Shown one piece after another: positions 1 through 13,791 of a stretch of DNA of 64,000 bases. This stretch comes from Intoshia linei (Eukaryota > Animalia > Orthonectida). The notes below the pieces were generated by a model. That model did no database searches and was not told the origin of the DNA. It worked only from the letters and a program-made list of their open reading frames with translations. The stretch is from positions 31,278-95,277 of the forward strand of contig LWCA01000009.1 of NCBI GenBank assembly GCA_001642005.1, given 5' to 3'. Numbering within the stretch: the stretch's first letter is position 1; each line of letters starts with the position of its first letter. The translations under genes and the position numbers were made by a program.

Positions 1-31
1 TGAATACAGAATATAAAATATATTTTATGTA

Positions 32-1690
32 TTAATTTAAATATGAGGTGTGGAGTTGTTGAGCAATTTTGATGAGTTCCATATTTCTAACTTTAAGAAT
101 TTTAGAATGAGGGTTTTCCGAATTTTCATTATTTAAATCATAATTATTTTGAAGCATATTTTTGTTTTTATTTAAAACATAGGAAATTAATTGTTGATCT
201 TTTGGAGCATTTGAAACATTCATGCTTAATAAACCATTGGAAGAAATTTTGATTGATTTTTCATCTTTTTTTACACATAAAAACGATTTACTAACAAATC
301 TATTTTCATTTCTAGTTTGATTATATTTTATTTTGTTTATTTTAGGTTTCTTCTTAGTTTTCACATTTTTCTGTGCAGGTTTTTTTTTATCCAAATTTAC
401 CACAGTTTCATCAGAATCAGTATAAAACAAATCTTCGATTTGGTTTTCTTCTTTAGATTTCAAAACTTGTAATCGGTTTGATCGTAATTTTAAATACTCG
501 GCAGTAGAAATTGACACTTGACTTAATCTTGAAGTGTGACCACTTTGAATGGGAATGCTTTCTCCAGCTACATATCTGGTAGCATAAGAATTTGATTTAA
601 TGGCTTGGTTTCTATTTTTCCGTTTTAACGATTTTTGTAAAGTTTTTTGTGATAAATTTAAATTTATCGAATATTGTTGTGCATGTTTACCTTGATAGTA
701 ATATTTCTGATTAGAGTCACATTTTTGATGTGGTGCCAAAATTGAATCTCTCTTCATTTGTACTTGTTTTGCTCGGTTTTCCCAACGATATTTTTGAAGC
801 ATTCGCTCGACAAATTTTCTGTCAAACATGCCAGCCAAGTTTATAGCGTTCAAGCCATCTTTATCACATATATCCAAATTGCTCCCTAAACTATATTGTA
901 TTTTTATAACTTTAGTATAAATCGGTATTATGTTACAAAATCACGACCGAAACTACGCTACTCAATGCCCGATCAATAAAAAACTTGCAACATTCAAACA
1001 AAGTTACGGCGTACCCTATTGGAAAATTCTAAATGTCTCACACGGAACTTTTTAGATTGGATCGTAGTAGTTTTATTCGTTTATTTATCATTTATTTTAA
1101 CATTATGTAAATAAACCTTCATTTAAAAACAACTTAATCATATCTTCAGTTCCAGCAACGGTAGCAGAATGAAGAACCGTACGACCAATTTGTGTAGTAG
1201 CTTCGAGAATACGTTTTCCAAATTTTTGTATAATTTTTTTACTAAATTCAACATTTCCTATTTGAGCAGCAATAAACAAAGCCACAAAGGCCCTTTCATA
1301 TATAACAGCGTCTTTTTGAGATTTATTGAGCCTTTTCAAATGAGGCAACTTATCAGAAACTCCCTTCTGAATAAGCATGTCCCAATTTGATTTATATACA
1401 GAAATTAAAAGGTGTTTCCACATGGTATAGGTGTCAACGCTGATTTCTGCTCCTTCAACAATATCATAATATTTCAAAGTTTTATGAGATTGTAATTCAG
1501 TTTCGTCTAAATACCATAATTTTTGCATATCAATGGGCAATCCGACAATAAGTTCGATTTTCTTTTTCAAATTAATTATCGTTTCATTAATACTTACATT
1601 TTTTAGGTATCTCATGTTTTTGGGACTTTCTTCTACATAACATAAACGCAAACATAGATTAACTTGGTTTTTAAAAAACTTTATAATCAT
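32..1690 (-). CDS. ANKRD60: Ankyrin repeat domain-containing protein 60-like (ubiquitin-like domain + ankyrin repeats, long basic C-terminal tail); exons 1690-1117, 885-32
   Basis: Ubl segment LKKKIELIVGLPIDMQKLWYLDE..TLKYYDIVEG, then ERAFVALFIAA and GRTVLHSA ankyrin motifs as in ANKRD60; GT-AG intron 1116-886 joins in frame to GSNLDICDKDG. Confidence 0.8.
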
Positions 1691-1903
1691 TGCAAATCTT
1701 CAATCTTCAAATATACACAAATAAATATATTAACAGAGTAGACTATATATAAAGATTCACTATTTTGCTATACTTAGATACATGACTGGATTATTGAGTA
1801 GCAACCTCATTCATTGATTCGGCTAAATGTTTGTTACTTAGTTTCAGAAAAACAATTTCAATTTTATTTTTAATTGATCCTTTAATTAGTTTAAGTTTTT
1901 AAA

Positions 1904-2300
1904 ATGAAATGTACTCAAGTTTTAATAAAAGGTGAGAAAATTTTAATTACATTAGTTAGCCTTAAAGTTATCATACTGATTTAATTTTATTATTATCAGA
2001 ACCCAAAAAACGAAACAAAAGAAAGAATCCGGTAATATCCAAAACTCATAATAATGAATTTGAGGTAGCACCATATATTCCACCATTTATGAGGGGAGGA
2101 AGTGTTGCTATAAATTCTACTGCAAGATTACCATTAGTTCCTAGGCCTAGGTGTCTGGTATGTTCACATGGCTTAAATTGGTTTTTTCTTGAAGAAGACT
2201 GGACTACTTGTCATTGTGCCCTTCGCGAACGGTATGTTTCATTAGTTTTCTGTTATTGTATTTATTATTATTTAGATTTTTGAATCGTGTTGAAGATTAA
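1904..2300 (+). CDS. Small hypothetical protein (~94 aa), basic N-terminus, CxxC..H..CHC; exons 1904-1931, 2000-2231, 2276-2300
   Basis: Canonical GTGAG/CAG and GTATG/TAG introns give a continuous frame MKCTQVLIKEPKKRNKRKNP...CLVCSHG...TTCHCALRERFLNRVED*. Confidence 0.55.
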
Positions 2301-3062
2301 TAGTTCACAAAATTTGCTATTTGTTTATTTGTATACTTTAGTCGTATATTAAATTATTTATATTGAAATATCCAAAATTTTTAATTATAAAGTAATATCT
2401 CGATTTAGTCACGTTCGATTACTTAAATTTTAGTTTATTTAGAAACAATTTTAAGCCAAAAATATTTTTTGTAATCATAGATATGTAATTTTAACTTTAC
2501 AAAGATTTCTAATGGACATTGTATAATGTTCATAAGTATTTATTTTAATCATGTCAAATTAATTAATTATGTCAAAAATAAGTACTCATAAATACCATAG
2601 ATAATTTTAGTCAATATTTTACTTGTAATTTTTCATTTGCTTAATAAAGTGATGTTTTAATAAATTTATATTTTATAAAAAGACACTATATCGTTTAATT
2701 TGGATCACTTTAAATTTATTAATTAATTATTTTTTTAATTATGCCATAAAAAATTATAATTGTAAAGAGAGTTTATTGATTTTTACAAACATTTGGAAAA
2801 TCATAGTGAATTATATAAAAAAATAATTTGCAATGATAAATACCAATAAAATTAACATTTCATATTTTAAATTGTTAGAACTTTCAATTCAAATTTTATT
2901 GTTTTTTTTTAAGACATTTCGAAAAGTACTTATTTAGTACTTATAAAATCTGGACACTATTTTAGTACGTTAAAAATATGGTCGCACTACTTTAACCAAT
3001 CTTTGATATATTTTAGAGTCCATAGAATAGTAATTTTAAATAAAGTATATTTAATAATTTAG

Positions 3063-3734
3063 GATACACTGAAAATTGATAAAAGTAAATTTAACATTTC
3101 TAGAACTTATATTACAAGTGAGGATGGATATAATTTGGTAATAAAATACATGTTTATAATAAATATAGTGTTAGATTTGTGATTCAAATAATTTGATAAA
3201 ATGTCGCAATATTCACTGTAATATAATAAAAATTTCTGCATTTTCAACTGTACTTATTCGATTCATAACACGATTCTACAATCATACAGTTCAAAAAGTA
3301 TTTATAACACATTTAATTATAATTTTATCTATATTTTTGTGAATAATAATTGGAACAATATTTCAATAGATGTTTCCAAAATATCAAAAAGTATTTTTAA
3401 ATGTAGATGTGGATGTATTATATCAAAATAATTCTATTTTTGAAATTAGGGCAAATACAAATGTGGTAAATGGATATTATTTATTTTGGGATCATTAAAA
3501 TTTAGATTCGTATTATATTACAACTATTGATTAAAGAAACTTTGTGGACAATTCCTTTATGGGTTATTACTTTATCTTCAGTTATTGGCATCGTGCTTTT
3601 ATTAATTATTGTTTTTGTTTTATGGAAGGTAATATCAAAAATATTAATAATGCATACATTTTGTATAGTGCAACTACTTTCGAAGAAATAAAAATACATT
3701 TTTTATTGAAGAAAATCAATTAATTAAAGACTAA
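3063..3734 (+). CDS. Integrin alpha C-terminal part (calf-2, TM helix, cytoplasmic tail); exons 3063-3137, 3175-3297, 3370-3465, 3506-3628, 3669-3734; 5' part not found
   Basis: Five phase-0 exons splice in frame: LICDSNNLIKCRNIHCNI..VLIRFITRFYNHT (calf-2-like), IPLWVITLSSVIGIVLLLIIVFVLWK (integrin alpha TM), CNYFRR (GFFKR position), stop. Confidence 0.75.
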
Positions 3735-3810
3735 AGGATTTCGTTTAATTTGAACAAAACTACAGAAATTTAATTGTAATTTGTAAATGAAATATAATTT
3801 TTATTTTAAT

Positions 3811-6800
3811 CTACCAAAGTTTACATTTTTTTGTTGGATTCATATTAGAGTTTGTTTTACATTTGAACGTTTTTGAAAAATAATCTATAGTTGATAGTAC
3901 TGCGTTTACTCTATATTGAACAATTAATACAGGGGTTAAATTAAATTTCAGTTCAAATTAGGGTTTTTCCGATTCAATTTAACTTATAATTTATACATTT
4001 TATACCGTTTGTATAACTATTTTTAAATATATGGCTTACATTATTAATTTATCTTATTTAGTTCACCGCATAATTTTTTCATAAATTGATTTAAAAATAC
4101 ATATATTTGATTGTTAATTCAAAAATAAATGTAATTTTATAAAAAATTATTTTCCCACCACTAAAAAAGAGATATCGTCAAAGCTGGTAAACACTGGTTT
4201 AGTATATTTTTCAGTATACTAATTCATTAATTTCATTTGAAATACAAATAAAATATGAAAATCACTCTTTAATTGAATTAAGATCATAACTTGAATTTTG
4301 TGATTCAAATTGAATTAAAAAACTATAATTTGAATTAAATACATATAAGAATATCATAATATATCACCAAATTTATATTATATTAAATTATAGAAAATCC
4401 AACCATTACCTGTATTATTTAAACTGAGGGTCCTGCTAATTAAATACAAATTTATTTTTTTTCAAATTATTTTTGAAATGAAGCAGTAGAGTCCTGCACG
4501 GGCTAACATTCATCAATTCTTATCCGCGAGTGATTATGAAAATTTTTCATTAATTGCTTATTAAAAAGTTTTTTCTAATCCACCCCTAGCAGGGATGTAG
4601 CTATGGTAATAAGTTATTACAAAGTTGTTATTTGAATTTGAGCAAATCATAAATTAATGTGGTTAAGATTCTTAACCCTAGATTCGACAATGCAATCCAT
4701 ATGAACGATTTACATCAGGGGTTCATGAGCGGATGAAACCCCGTAGGACTGTAAGATCCCGTATACGATTAGTGAACTATGGCACTGGAGAACTCGAATA
4801 GATACAAACTGCAATGGAATTGACTATAAGCACCTGCAGTGGTTGAAAAGACCATATCTAATGTAATACCTGTAAATCATAGGTGAATGACTATTCAATT
4901 TTCTACGGTTTTCGATTATTTCAAAATTATGAGAATTACACCAATTCTAAATTCATATCATTTAAAATAAAAATGAATTACTTGAGCATATGATATAAAA
5001 AATATTTGTTGCGGTGTAAAATTTTTATAACTAATTAATTTTGGTTCACTTTTTCTATTTAGAGCTTTTAATAAGGCTTTAAAAGCAACAGTTACACCAT
5101 TGATATCTGAAAAATTTTCTGAACTTGTCCTAGTTGAATTCATTGGTGTTGTAGTATTTATAAATTGTGTATAATGATCGACAATACAAACTTTTCGTTT
5201 ATTAAATTCATCTTTGAACTCATCATCCAACCAATTTTCTAGGACACCGTTTTCGTTATACTGACTACCTAAAATTATTAATAGATCAACAAATAAATTA
5301 TAATATTTTACATTTTCAAAGTTTTTTAAAATAATGTTTTAATATAAAGTACCAATAGTGTCAATACTATGTGATATTTCGTGACCAATAACCATACCAA
5401 TTTTTCCATAGTTTACACTGGCCCTATTTTAAAAAATTATATATAAGTTTAGTGGTTATCATAAATGTTGTCAAAAAGTGCTTCGCTATTGATGACATAT
5501 TTCATAAATTGAATTCTAATTTAAAAAGAAAATTACATGGGAACATTTTGATAGTAGAATGGAGGATGAAGTATTCCATATGATAAAAGAATTGCATTGG
5601 TCTTGAGCATATAAAAAGCTTCAGCTGAATGAGTATTGACAATAAATCTATAATGAATGCATAAAAATAATAAAATAATACTTTTTTTCGTAGTTTTTGA
5701 TAGAAAAAAGTTGTGCACATTTTTGAGCAATAAACTGATGAACTTTAAAGAATGATTCAAGAAATGTATTCTTTGGTTTTAGTTCTAAACGTTTATAGTA
5801 TGATTCTATCAGAGTCTTATTAAGAAGAAATTTTGATTGTATAACTGTGGGTTTTATTAATAAAACTTTGTCAATTATTTTTTGTTTCGTTTCATCCTTA
5901 ACCCATGATGATTTATTTATAATCCGTATAAATGAATTTCTAGTGTTGTTATACATATCATCAATGTCTTCAATAATTTGTTGTGCGTCCCTAAACATTT
6001 AGTTATTATAAAAAAGTATATACTCTGTTTTCAAAAAGGCCGACCCAGCTACAAGCGGAAATTGTCGAATTGATAAATCCAAACAATAATTGTGGACGCC
6101 ACTTTTATTTGCAAGAATTGAATTTTTAAATATTGTATATAATATCATTTGTTTTTGATTATAGTAAGGTGCAAATGAAAAGAAACCATCCCACAGAACA
6201 TAGTTTAGTAAATCTCTAAAGAAAATTACAAATTATGTAAATAAATATTTTAAAACTTTTGTTGTGTTTGCTTTAGGAGCTTATTCAAATTTTCAAAATA
6301 TTTTAGATCGTACACTTCGAATGTATACTTTTTATTTATATTTGGGAACAAATAATTGAAATATTTCTCAAAATTGATCTAAAATAAATGAAAATGAAAT
6401 GTAATGTTTTAAAATTACAAAATTTAAAACATTGGAAATTTGTTTTAAATTGTATTTTTTGACGTTTTTCTTTATGTCTTTCAAGACACTATTCGACTTA
6501 ATTTGGTCTATAGAATCTGTTAATAGTGATATTTTGTTTGCCGTGTCATTTAGAATTGAAATGGATGTATTCGTATAACCCATATTAATAAACGATTCAA
6601 ATATATATTTTTTATAATTTAATAAAAATAATGTTGAATTTTTCAAATTCATAGAAATTGGGAATATCTAAATAAAAGTTGCATTTAAAAATTTTTACAT
6701 TACATTAATCGTTAATTCTTCACTTTCTTCATTTATATAAAATTGAAAGAAACTGCTCATTCCTGTCATATTCAAGCTTTTTGCCATAGTTTGTTCCAAC

Positions 6801-7349
6801 TTTAAATTGTGCCCAAATCTGGTATCGAAAGAGTAATAGGAACCATAGGTATTTAAAAGTTGATGATAATAATCCGGAGGAGCATCTTTATGATTGAGAC
6901 ATTTTAAGTAAAATGTACTCATTTTCTTTAAGGCTAACGTTTCATTATAATTCGTCATATTTTGTAGCAATTTCTAAAAATTGTAGCTTTAAAAATATAA
7001 AAATTACTTGTCGTATAATGTATTTGTGTTCGTTCTTTATTTGTTCAAAATTATTTAAATTGTTATAATATTTGAGACCTTTGTGAACGTTTTTATAATT
7101 TCCACAAGAATATTCATAAAAATTTTCACACGGATCTACTGATCGATTCATGTAACTGTTCATATCTACATTCAACGATAAACACTCATTTGTTAGACAT
7201 GTCTAAATAAAAATAAATCTCTACTGATGACTGTTTACCTTGCTTCCAATATTGTAGTATATTAAAATCGCAATCAACGATACCAACAAAATTACAATGA
7301 AAAAAATATACACCGATTTTTGTGAATTGACACCTTTTTTATCATCCAT
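3811..7349 (-). CDS. M13 neprilysin/ECE-like metallopeptidase, copy A (type II membrane)
   Basis: N-terminal TM, SVDPCENFYEYSCG, GHEISHSID (HExxH), ENFSDING, QIFFISYAQ, HSPMIYRVNAVL, terminal MNPTKKCKLW* (last exon 3910-3811). Confidence 0.9.
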
Positions 7350-7504
7350 TTTGTAACTTTTATATTGTAAAAATCAATCAATCAATCTACGACCAACTAA
7401 ATTAATCTGATAATAATTAATACATAACTATCCAATTTCCAAATTCGATACTAATACAATTAATAAATAGACTAATAAAAAATTTTTAATATAATTTTCA
7501 CAAA

Positions 7505-10500
7505 CTACCACAACTCGCATTTTTGTTCTGGATTCATTGGAGAGTTGACTTTACAATTAAATGCATTCGAAAATTCATTAGTATTTCTTAACACTGCGTT
7601 TACGCGAATGTGGGGTGGTGAATGATTATCATGATTTATCATTATTTTATAAGCGTCTATGGGATATTTGTGACACCATATCTAAAAATTGTAAAATGCA
7701 AGTATAAACTAACCTGAGCAAACGAAAGAAAAAATATTTGATCGTATGTCGCATTAGAAAAACCAATTAGTTTCACGTCTTCCTCACTTTTTTGTTTCAG
7801 AGTCTTTACAGTTTGAAAGGCTAATTTTATTCCACCCAAATCCGCTATATTCTCGGAAACAGTATTAGTACCATTCAGTTGTACTCCATCAATGGTGTAG
7901 TCGTTGAAATGGTTAATGATACAGTCTTTTCTTTTATTAAATTCCCCAGTAAAATCTGCGTCCCACCAATTAATTAAACTTCCATCCTGGTTATATTGAC
8001 CACCTAGTAAATATATTCAATAGTTCATGTCGTGGCAGTGTCATCTCTACACTTTTTCAGATATAGAAAATACTTCCTAATAAAAAATTCTGAAAAAATG
8101 GACTGTTTTGAGAGTTTTAAATACTGGTCACAATATTGTAAACTTAAATTTTTAACTTGACGAATTAAACATTTTCTCTGACAATCGTATGTAGAAAAAT
8201 TACCAACATTATCTATACTGTGTGTCAATTCATGCGAAATGATCATACCCATTGCACCATAATTAACACTATTTCTAAAATACATGTATATTGGGAACAA
8301 AATAAGGTACATTCCAATGTCACTATAAAAAAATGGAGCAGAGAGAATTCCAGCAGGTAAAACTATTCTATTTATTGTACCAGTATAATACGCGTTAACA
8401 ATACTCGAACCAATTAGCCATCTAGTTAATATTAAACACGAAATAATAGACTACCTATTTTTGTTAGTTTTCAAAATCAACGTTTGAGCTATTAAGTCAG
8501 AATTATGATGAGTTATTTTTAAAAATAAATCCAAAAATGAGTCATCAGGGTCGTAGTTAAAATCTTTATAATAGTAATCCAATTCCGCCGTCGTGTTTAA
8601 AAAATCTGGTTGATATATCATTGGTATTATGGAAGATATTTTGGCACTAATTTTTTCAGTCATTTTTTCACTTATCCAGTTAAATGATGAAATTCTTTTT
8701 TTGAATTCTTGTTTTAAATTGGAAATCATTTTTTGTGTTTTTTCAATAATTTTTTGAGATTTTCTAAACAATTAGTTATATTTATTTTCACATTACGTTG
8801 TATCCACGAAAGCAGCACCTGCCGCAATAGGCATTTTCATAGAACATAATGTTAAACATGTTGACCATCGTGACAGTTCAGTCATTTTTCCTCTAATTTG
8901 ATAATTGTAGTGAGATTTTAACAATCTTTGTTTTTCACTGTAAAATGAAGAGATTGAAGTGAACGTTGTCCATAAAATGTAATCATTCAAAGACCTAAAA
9001 ATACATTAAATAATTTCATCAATTATATTGTGTATCAGGGTCCTCAAATTTTTGGTAGATGACACATTTTATAATTTTAATAGTTTTATGGGCACCAAAT
9101 GTATCGTTTACTTAAGTGTTTCTCAACTGTGTGCGAGAAAATGTTATGAAAGACGGGGTTAGTTACATTAGATTTTTTTGTTTTTTGTACGAAACTACTT
9201 TTTAAATTTCCTTTACAAAATCTTCTACTATACATGTAGTAAAGATTTTCAGTAAGCACCCAAAAATATAATATTTACTATTTTGTTATTTGGTTGTACG
9301 CCAACATTTTTAGTTGCTTTCAAATCAGCCCGAATGGAAAAAAGGTTGATAAGCATTTCACTAATTATATATAAGATTTAATCTCTACGTATGTATGATA
9401 CCGTTTAATTAAATAATTAAGCATTCGAGAATTTAAAAAATGTTTTATGAAATTTGCAACCATTCCTAAAGTTAAACCTAACAAAATTGAGTAAAAGCGA
9501 TATAACTATTTAATTTTGTATTACGATACATTTTGATCAAATCCTTATTAACGAATCAGATTTATTTATGGAACCAAAAAACCCGTCATTAAAAATGTAT
9601 CTATAATCTTATAATCTATTTATAATTTATTAATAGTTTTTCACATAATGGCGAAGTAATAGTAGTGTTATTAAGCCATAGTGCACACGATGAAAAATCA
9701 ATCCACTATTCACAAGTAAAAGCGTTAAATGAATGTTTAAATCAGTCATATTATTACAAAACTATAATATGATTTTACAGTCAATCCTGTTCACCATGAA
9801 AACTTACCATAACTCTTCTTTTTTTATCTGAACATAATTTTCAGCATTTTTTGTACAACTTTTTCATTGTTCACTTACCACTATAATATGAACAGTGTTA
9901 AATGTTATGACCACTATGAAAACTAATAACATTTGGTTCCATCATGTTCACGTTGAACAGGATTGGATATATAACTAAAAAAGTTTTAAATACACAAGCT
10001 TAAGATATATTACGATTACGTAAGCTTGAATCACAAAAATCATCGTTTGATTCTATAAATACAATGTAATCTTAATTTATAAAAAAATTTTTGGGAGGGC
10101 CCATAATGTCGCTTAGTCCGGGTCTACTGCTGGCTCTTCATGGCGCTGCATCCAGTTATGATATGTTAAATGGTCATTTAAATGTTTATACAATCATATT
10201 TTTATCCACAATTTGATCGACAATAGGAATTTTGGAATTAACGACTTTGGACGTGGTTTAATTTTGGTACAGGGAAAAGATTAGTCAAAACTATTTCTAA
10301 TTGTTTTACTTTTTTAACAAAATTTGTCATAATTTAAACTTAATTAAACTAAAGTGAGCGAAACAATGATGAAGACGTGAAGGTATAATTATGGAGCTTT
10401 CAATAATAAACAATGGGAGGAGTTTCATATTGAAAATACAATAGATTAGAAACAAAAAACGTACAAAATTGACTGTATAACAAATTTTCATAAAATATGG

Positions 10501-13278
10501 TGGTTCGACATGAAAGGTTGATCATCATAAATCAAAGTATGTATAATCCTTTCTAATGATTATAAACTAGTTAAAAAAATTTTATTTAGAAATCAAAAAA
10601 ATTTAATTACGTTAACTTAAATTTTTAAATACTAAAAATTGCGTTAAAATTTATTTGGACTTTGACCATATTTCATAATATTGATAACAATAAATGATTT
10701 CAAAATTAATCTAAAACAATTTTACAAAATTTAAATCTATTTTTCTAGTCATTGCAAAAGGTGTAAAATGGACTATTAATGAATAATTATAAATTTCTGC
10801 ATATCATTACTATACAAATGGGCAAAATGCGCCTACAATTTTTTTTATTGTTATGTTAATGATTGATTAAAGATTTATATTATAATGTCAAGTCCCAAAT
10901 TGGTGAACCAAAGAGAATACTGTGTGTAAAATCATTTTGAAATTTGAACATTATGCGGGTCAATCGTTAATTGTTTTCATTCGATTTTCCCGTATAAATT
11001 GACATTGTTCTCCGTTTTGGTGCATGCTGATTTAATCGAAAAATGGTCATAATTTTGTTTTTCCAGGATCATTTGGTACTTTCGTGCGGTGACCCATTCT
11101 TCACACTTCACAAACATCGGGTTTTTATCTGTCCGCATAAAAAAAAATCACAAATTAATAGTTGTTTGATACATTATCTTGTGCGCTTTTATAAAATTGT
11201 AGTTCTGTTCGTTTTTCGTACATATACCTTTCTTTTTGTAAAGCATTCCCTCAAAATTTTGTCAATGAAGAATATTACTTTACCTATTCCATTCCACTTT
11301 TGCCTGATATCGAGCATTCCCAAACTCTTTTACATTAGCGGTCACTTTTTCTAATTCAAATTAAAAATTCACCTACAGTTTTTTGTTCATTTCATAATAG
11401 TTTTTAATTATTGTATATAGGCCTAAGTCTTACGTATTATATATAATATAGTCATAATCAAAGGCAATTAGAAGATTACATGAAAAATGGATTCCCTATT
11501 TATTTAATCCTATTAAATTTTAGATATATGATGTGATATTGTGTCTTAAATTAAGACAAGTAATATTAAGACTCTTAATATTACTTAAAGTGTTCCAATT
11601 AGTGATACACATGTTTGCATTTTGATGTCAGTAAACATCTGTAGGGATGTAAAATATCGATATGATATTCATAGATCTATGAACTAATGTTTCAGTAAAA
11701 GAATTTATTAGTATAAGTTGATTACTAACATGTCATAATTATTAATCTTTCTCTTATAATAAGGGAAACATTGGTAAATAGAAGTAACTACAACCATGTA
11801 TAAAACAGAAATTTCAATGTAACCTAAATGTACATAAGCGATTTTCAAAATTTTGATATTGTGACCAAAAGCTAAGTTCTAATTACCGAAAGTCAATATT
11901 ATATTCAAAGTTCATAAAGCTGTAAATAATATTACTGGAGAATTCATGAAACCACTATTTTTTCCCACACAAAATATTATATTTCTTATTAAAAATTTTT
12001 TAATTGATATAAACCTTTCATCCACATTATATAGCATATAATTGACATTTTTAAGAAAAGGCACAGTGTGAGTTTCAAACATGACGTTATCATTTATATT
12101 TGGATAAACATAATTAAAAAGTTTTTTCACATCAAGCTAAAAAAATATAATTGAATTTACAAAATCATACCATATCGATAATATTTGCTAGATGAGACAA
12201 ATTAAACCTAGTAAAAGTTTTTTTTGGATTTTGAATATGATCAAAACTATTAATATTAGATAATTGATGTTCAATATTAACAATATTTGTCGCGGTTTGG
12301 TTTAGAACACTAAATGGTGTGTTTGTGTATCCCATATCAATTAACGAATCGATGATATATGCGGCATATATATTACGAACAGTTTCATTGTTGTAATAAT
12401 ATTTAGAAAATTGAAGTGTTATTGAAGAAAGCTACGTTTATATTATGTAAACCTGAATAATTAAATATTACGTTGATAACGTGTTCATTATTATTTTGTT
12501 CACTTATCATAACGTTGAAAGAAAAAAAGTGGGTAGTACTGGTTTGATTATACGTAGTTGCAATAATGTGTTCTAGATTAATACCATCTTGATGAAAACG
12601 ATCATCGAAAGAAAAATATCCACCGATATTTCCAAGGAATTGTAAATAAAAGCCGTTCGTGTGCTTGTAACTGTTTGTACACTTTTCAAAAAAAGATTTT
12701 ATATACAAAATAGCACTGGAATTTTTATTTTTATAAGTATGATTGTCCTCTAAAAGTTTCTAAAAACTATAATAATGACCACCAGCTATTACCTTCCGTA
12801 TAAGTAATTTGTTGTATTCCGTAAGTATCGTAAAAGCAGAGTATCTGTAAAAGTTGGGTGGTATACCATGATCTTCTGCAAAGTTTCCGCAGGCATGTTC
12901 GTAAAAATTATCACATGGATCAACTGATTTGTCCATATATGAACTCATATGCGCGCTTAATTGAAAACACTCGTCTGTCGAGCAAATCTGTGCAGCTATA
13001 CATTTGTAAAAAAAATAAATACTTTAATATCTTGGTGAAATTTGATTATATAAGAGGCAATAATAACCCCTATCAAGATAAGAATTATAATAGCAAAACT
13101 CAGGTTTGTTCGTGTAAATTTATATTTTCTGGGTTTTGATTTTTTTGCGACATTTCTGCGAATTTAAAATAATAATAAATTATAATAATATTACATTATT
13201 TTTTCTTTAGGCATCATTACTTTGCAAAAGGTTTCTAAATACTAGTAAAGTTATATATTATTTAGAACCTTCCTCCAT
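7505..13278 (-). CDS. M13 neprilysin/ECE-like metallopeptidase, copy B (type II membrane); 3.0-kb intron 12014-8995
   Basis: TM exon ~13156-13023, SVDPCDNFYEHACG, VNAYY, SHELTHSID, SENIADLGG, HSPPHIRVNAV, MNPEQKCELW*; exact start (13278 vs ~13217) uncertain. Confidence 0.9.
10900..11360 (-). mobile_element. Degraded Tc1-like transposase relic inside the neprilysin B intron
   Basis: Broken frames read KVIFFIDK..KVYVRK, ARKYQMILE, NQHAP and D*PA*CSNF, resembling Tc1 KVIFSDE / YVRR / QDNAP / WPAQSPDLN; many stops. Confidence 0.45.
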
Positions 13279-13509
13279 ATCAAAAAATTTATTTACTATA
13301 CACTTGATAGAGCAGATGGCAATGTCATAATTTAAAATGGTATTAAAATTAATTGCTTGTTATTACTGGAAAAATTAAAAACTGATTGACTTTTGATTAT
13401 ATGGTACAAAGTTCACTGATTTTAGGTAATTTTCAACCTGTCATATCATAACATGATTCTTGCAAGGTTTGAATAACATATCAACAAAATATTTAAGAAT
13501 AAATCAATA

Positions 13510-13781
13510 ATGCAACTGCGCTCTCAACAAATGCTAGTTTTTAAATTAATTACGTTTCTAATTTATTTTTCAAATTATAATATAACATAAATAAGATCGG
13601 TGAAAATATTATTAATAACCTAATAAGGATTACATCATGTATTAATCCAGTTGGAATTATTTCATGGACCAAAAGGAATTATATAATTTACACTGATACT
13701 ACAGATACTGAGTATTTAACATCAAATGAAAGTCTCGTATTTAGGTCAATAAAAAGTAGATGTACATTTATTTATCAATGA
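13510..13781 (+). CDS. Possible small hypothetical gene or gene remnant (exons 13510-13536, 13596-13781)
   Basis: 62-codon open frame after an AG acceptor, in frame with an upstream ATG exon; no recognisable family; in-frame TAA further upstream. Confidence 0.2.
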
Positions 13782-13791
13782 AATCCATTAC

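Noticed and set aside
4690-4770. Hammerhead ribozyme
   Set aside because: The core reads CTGATGT, not CUGAnGA, and no properly placed GAAA/stem III was found
13426-13540. Alternative genetic code (TAA as sense) suggested by in-frame TAA in exon-like stretches here and near 59760
   Set aside because: TAA, TAG are used as true stops right after conserved C-termini (BUD31 CSG*, ITFG1 FDAM*, neprilysin LW*), and the 2.88-kb POLE exon has no in-frame stops
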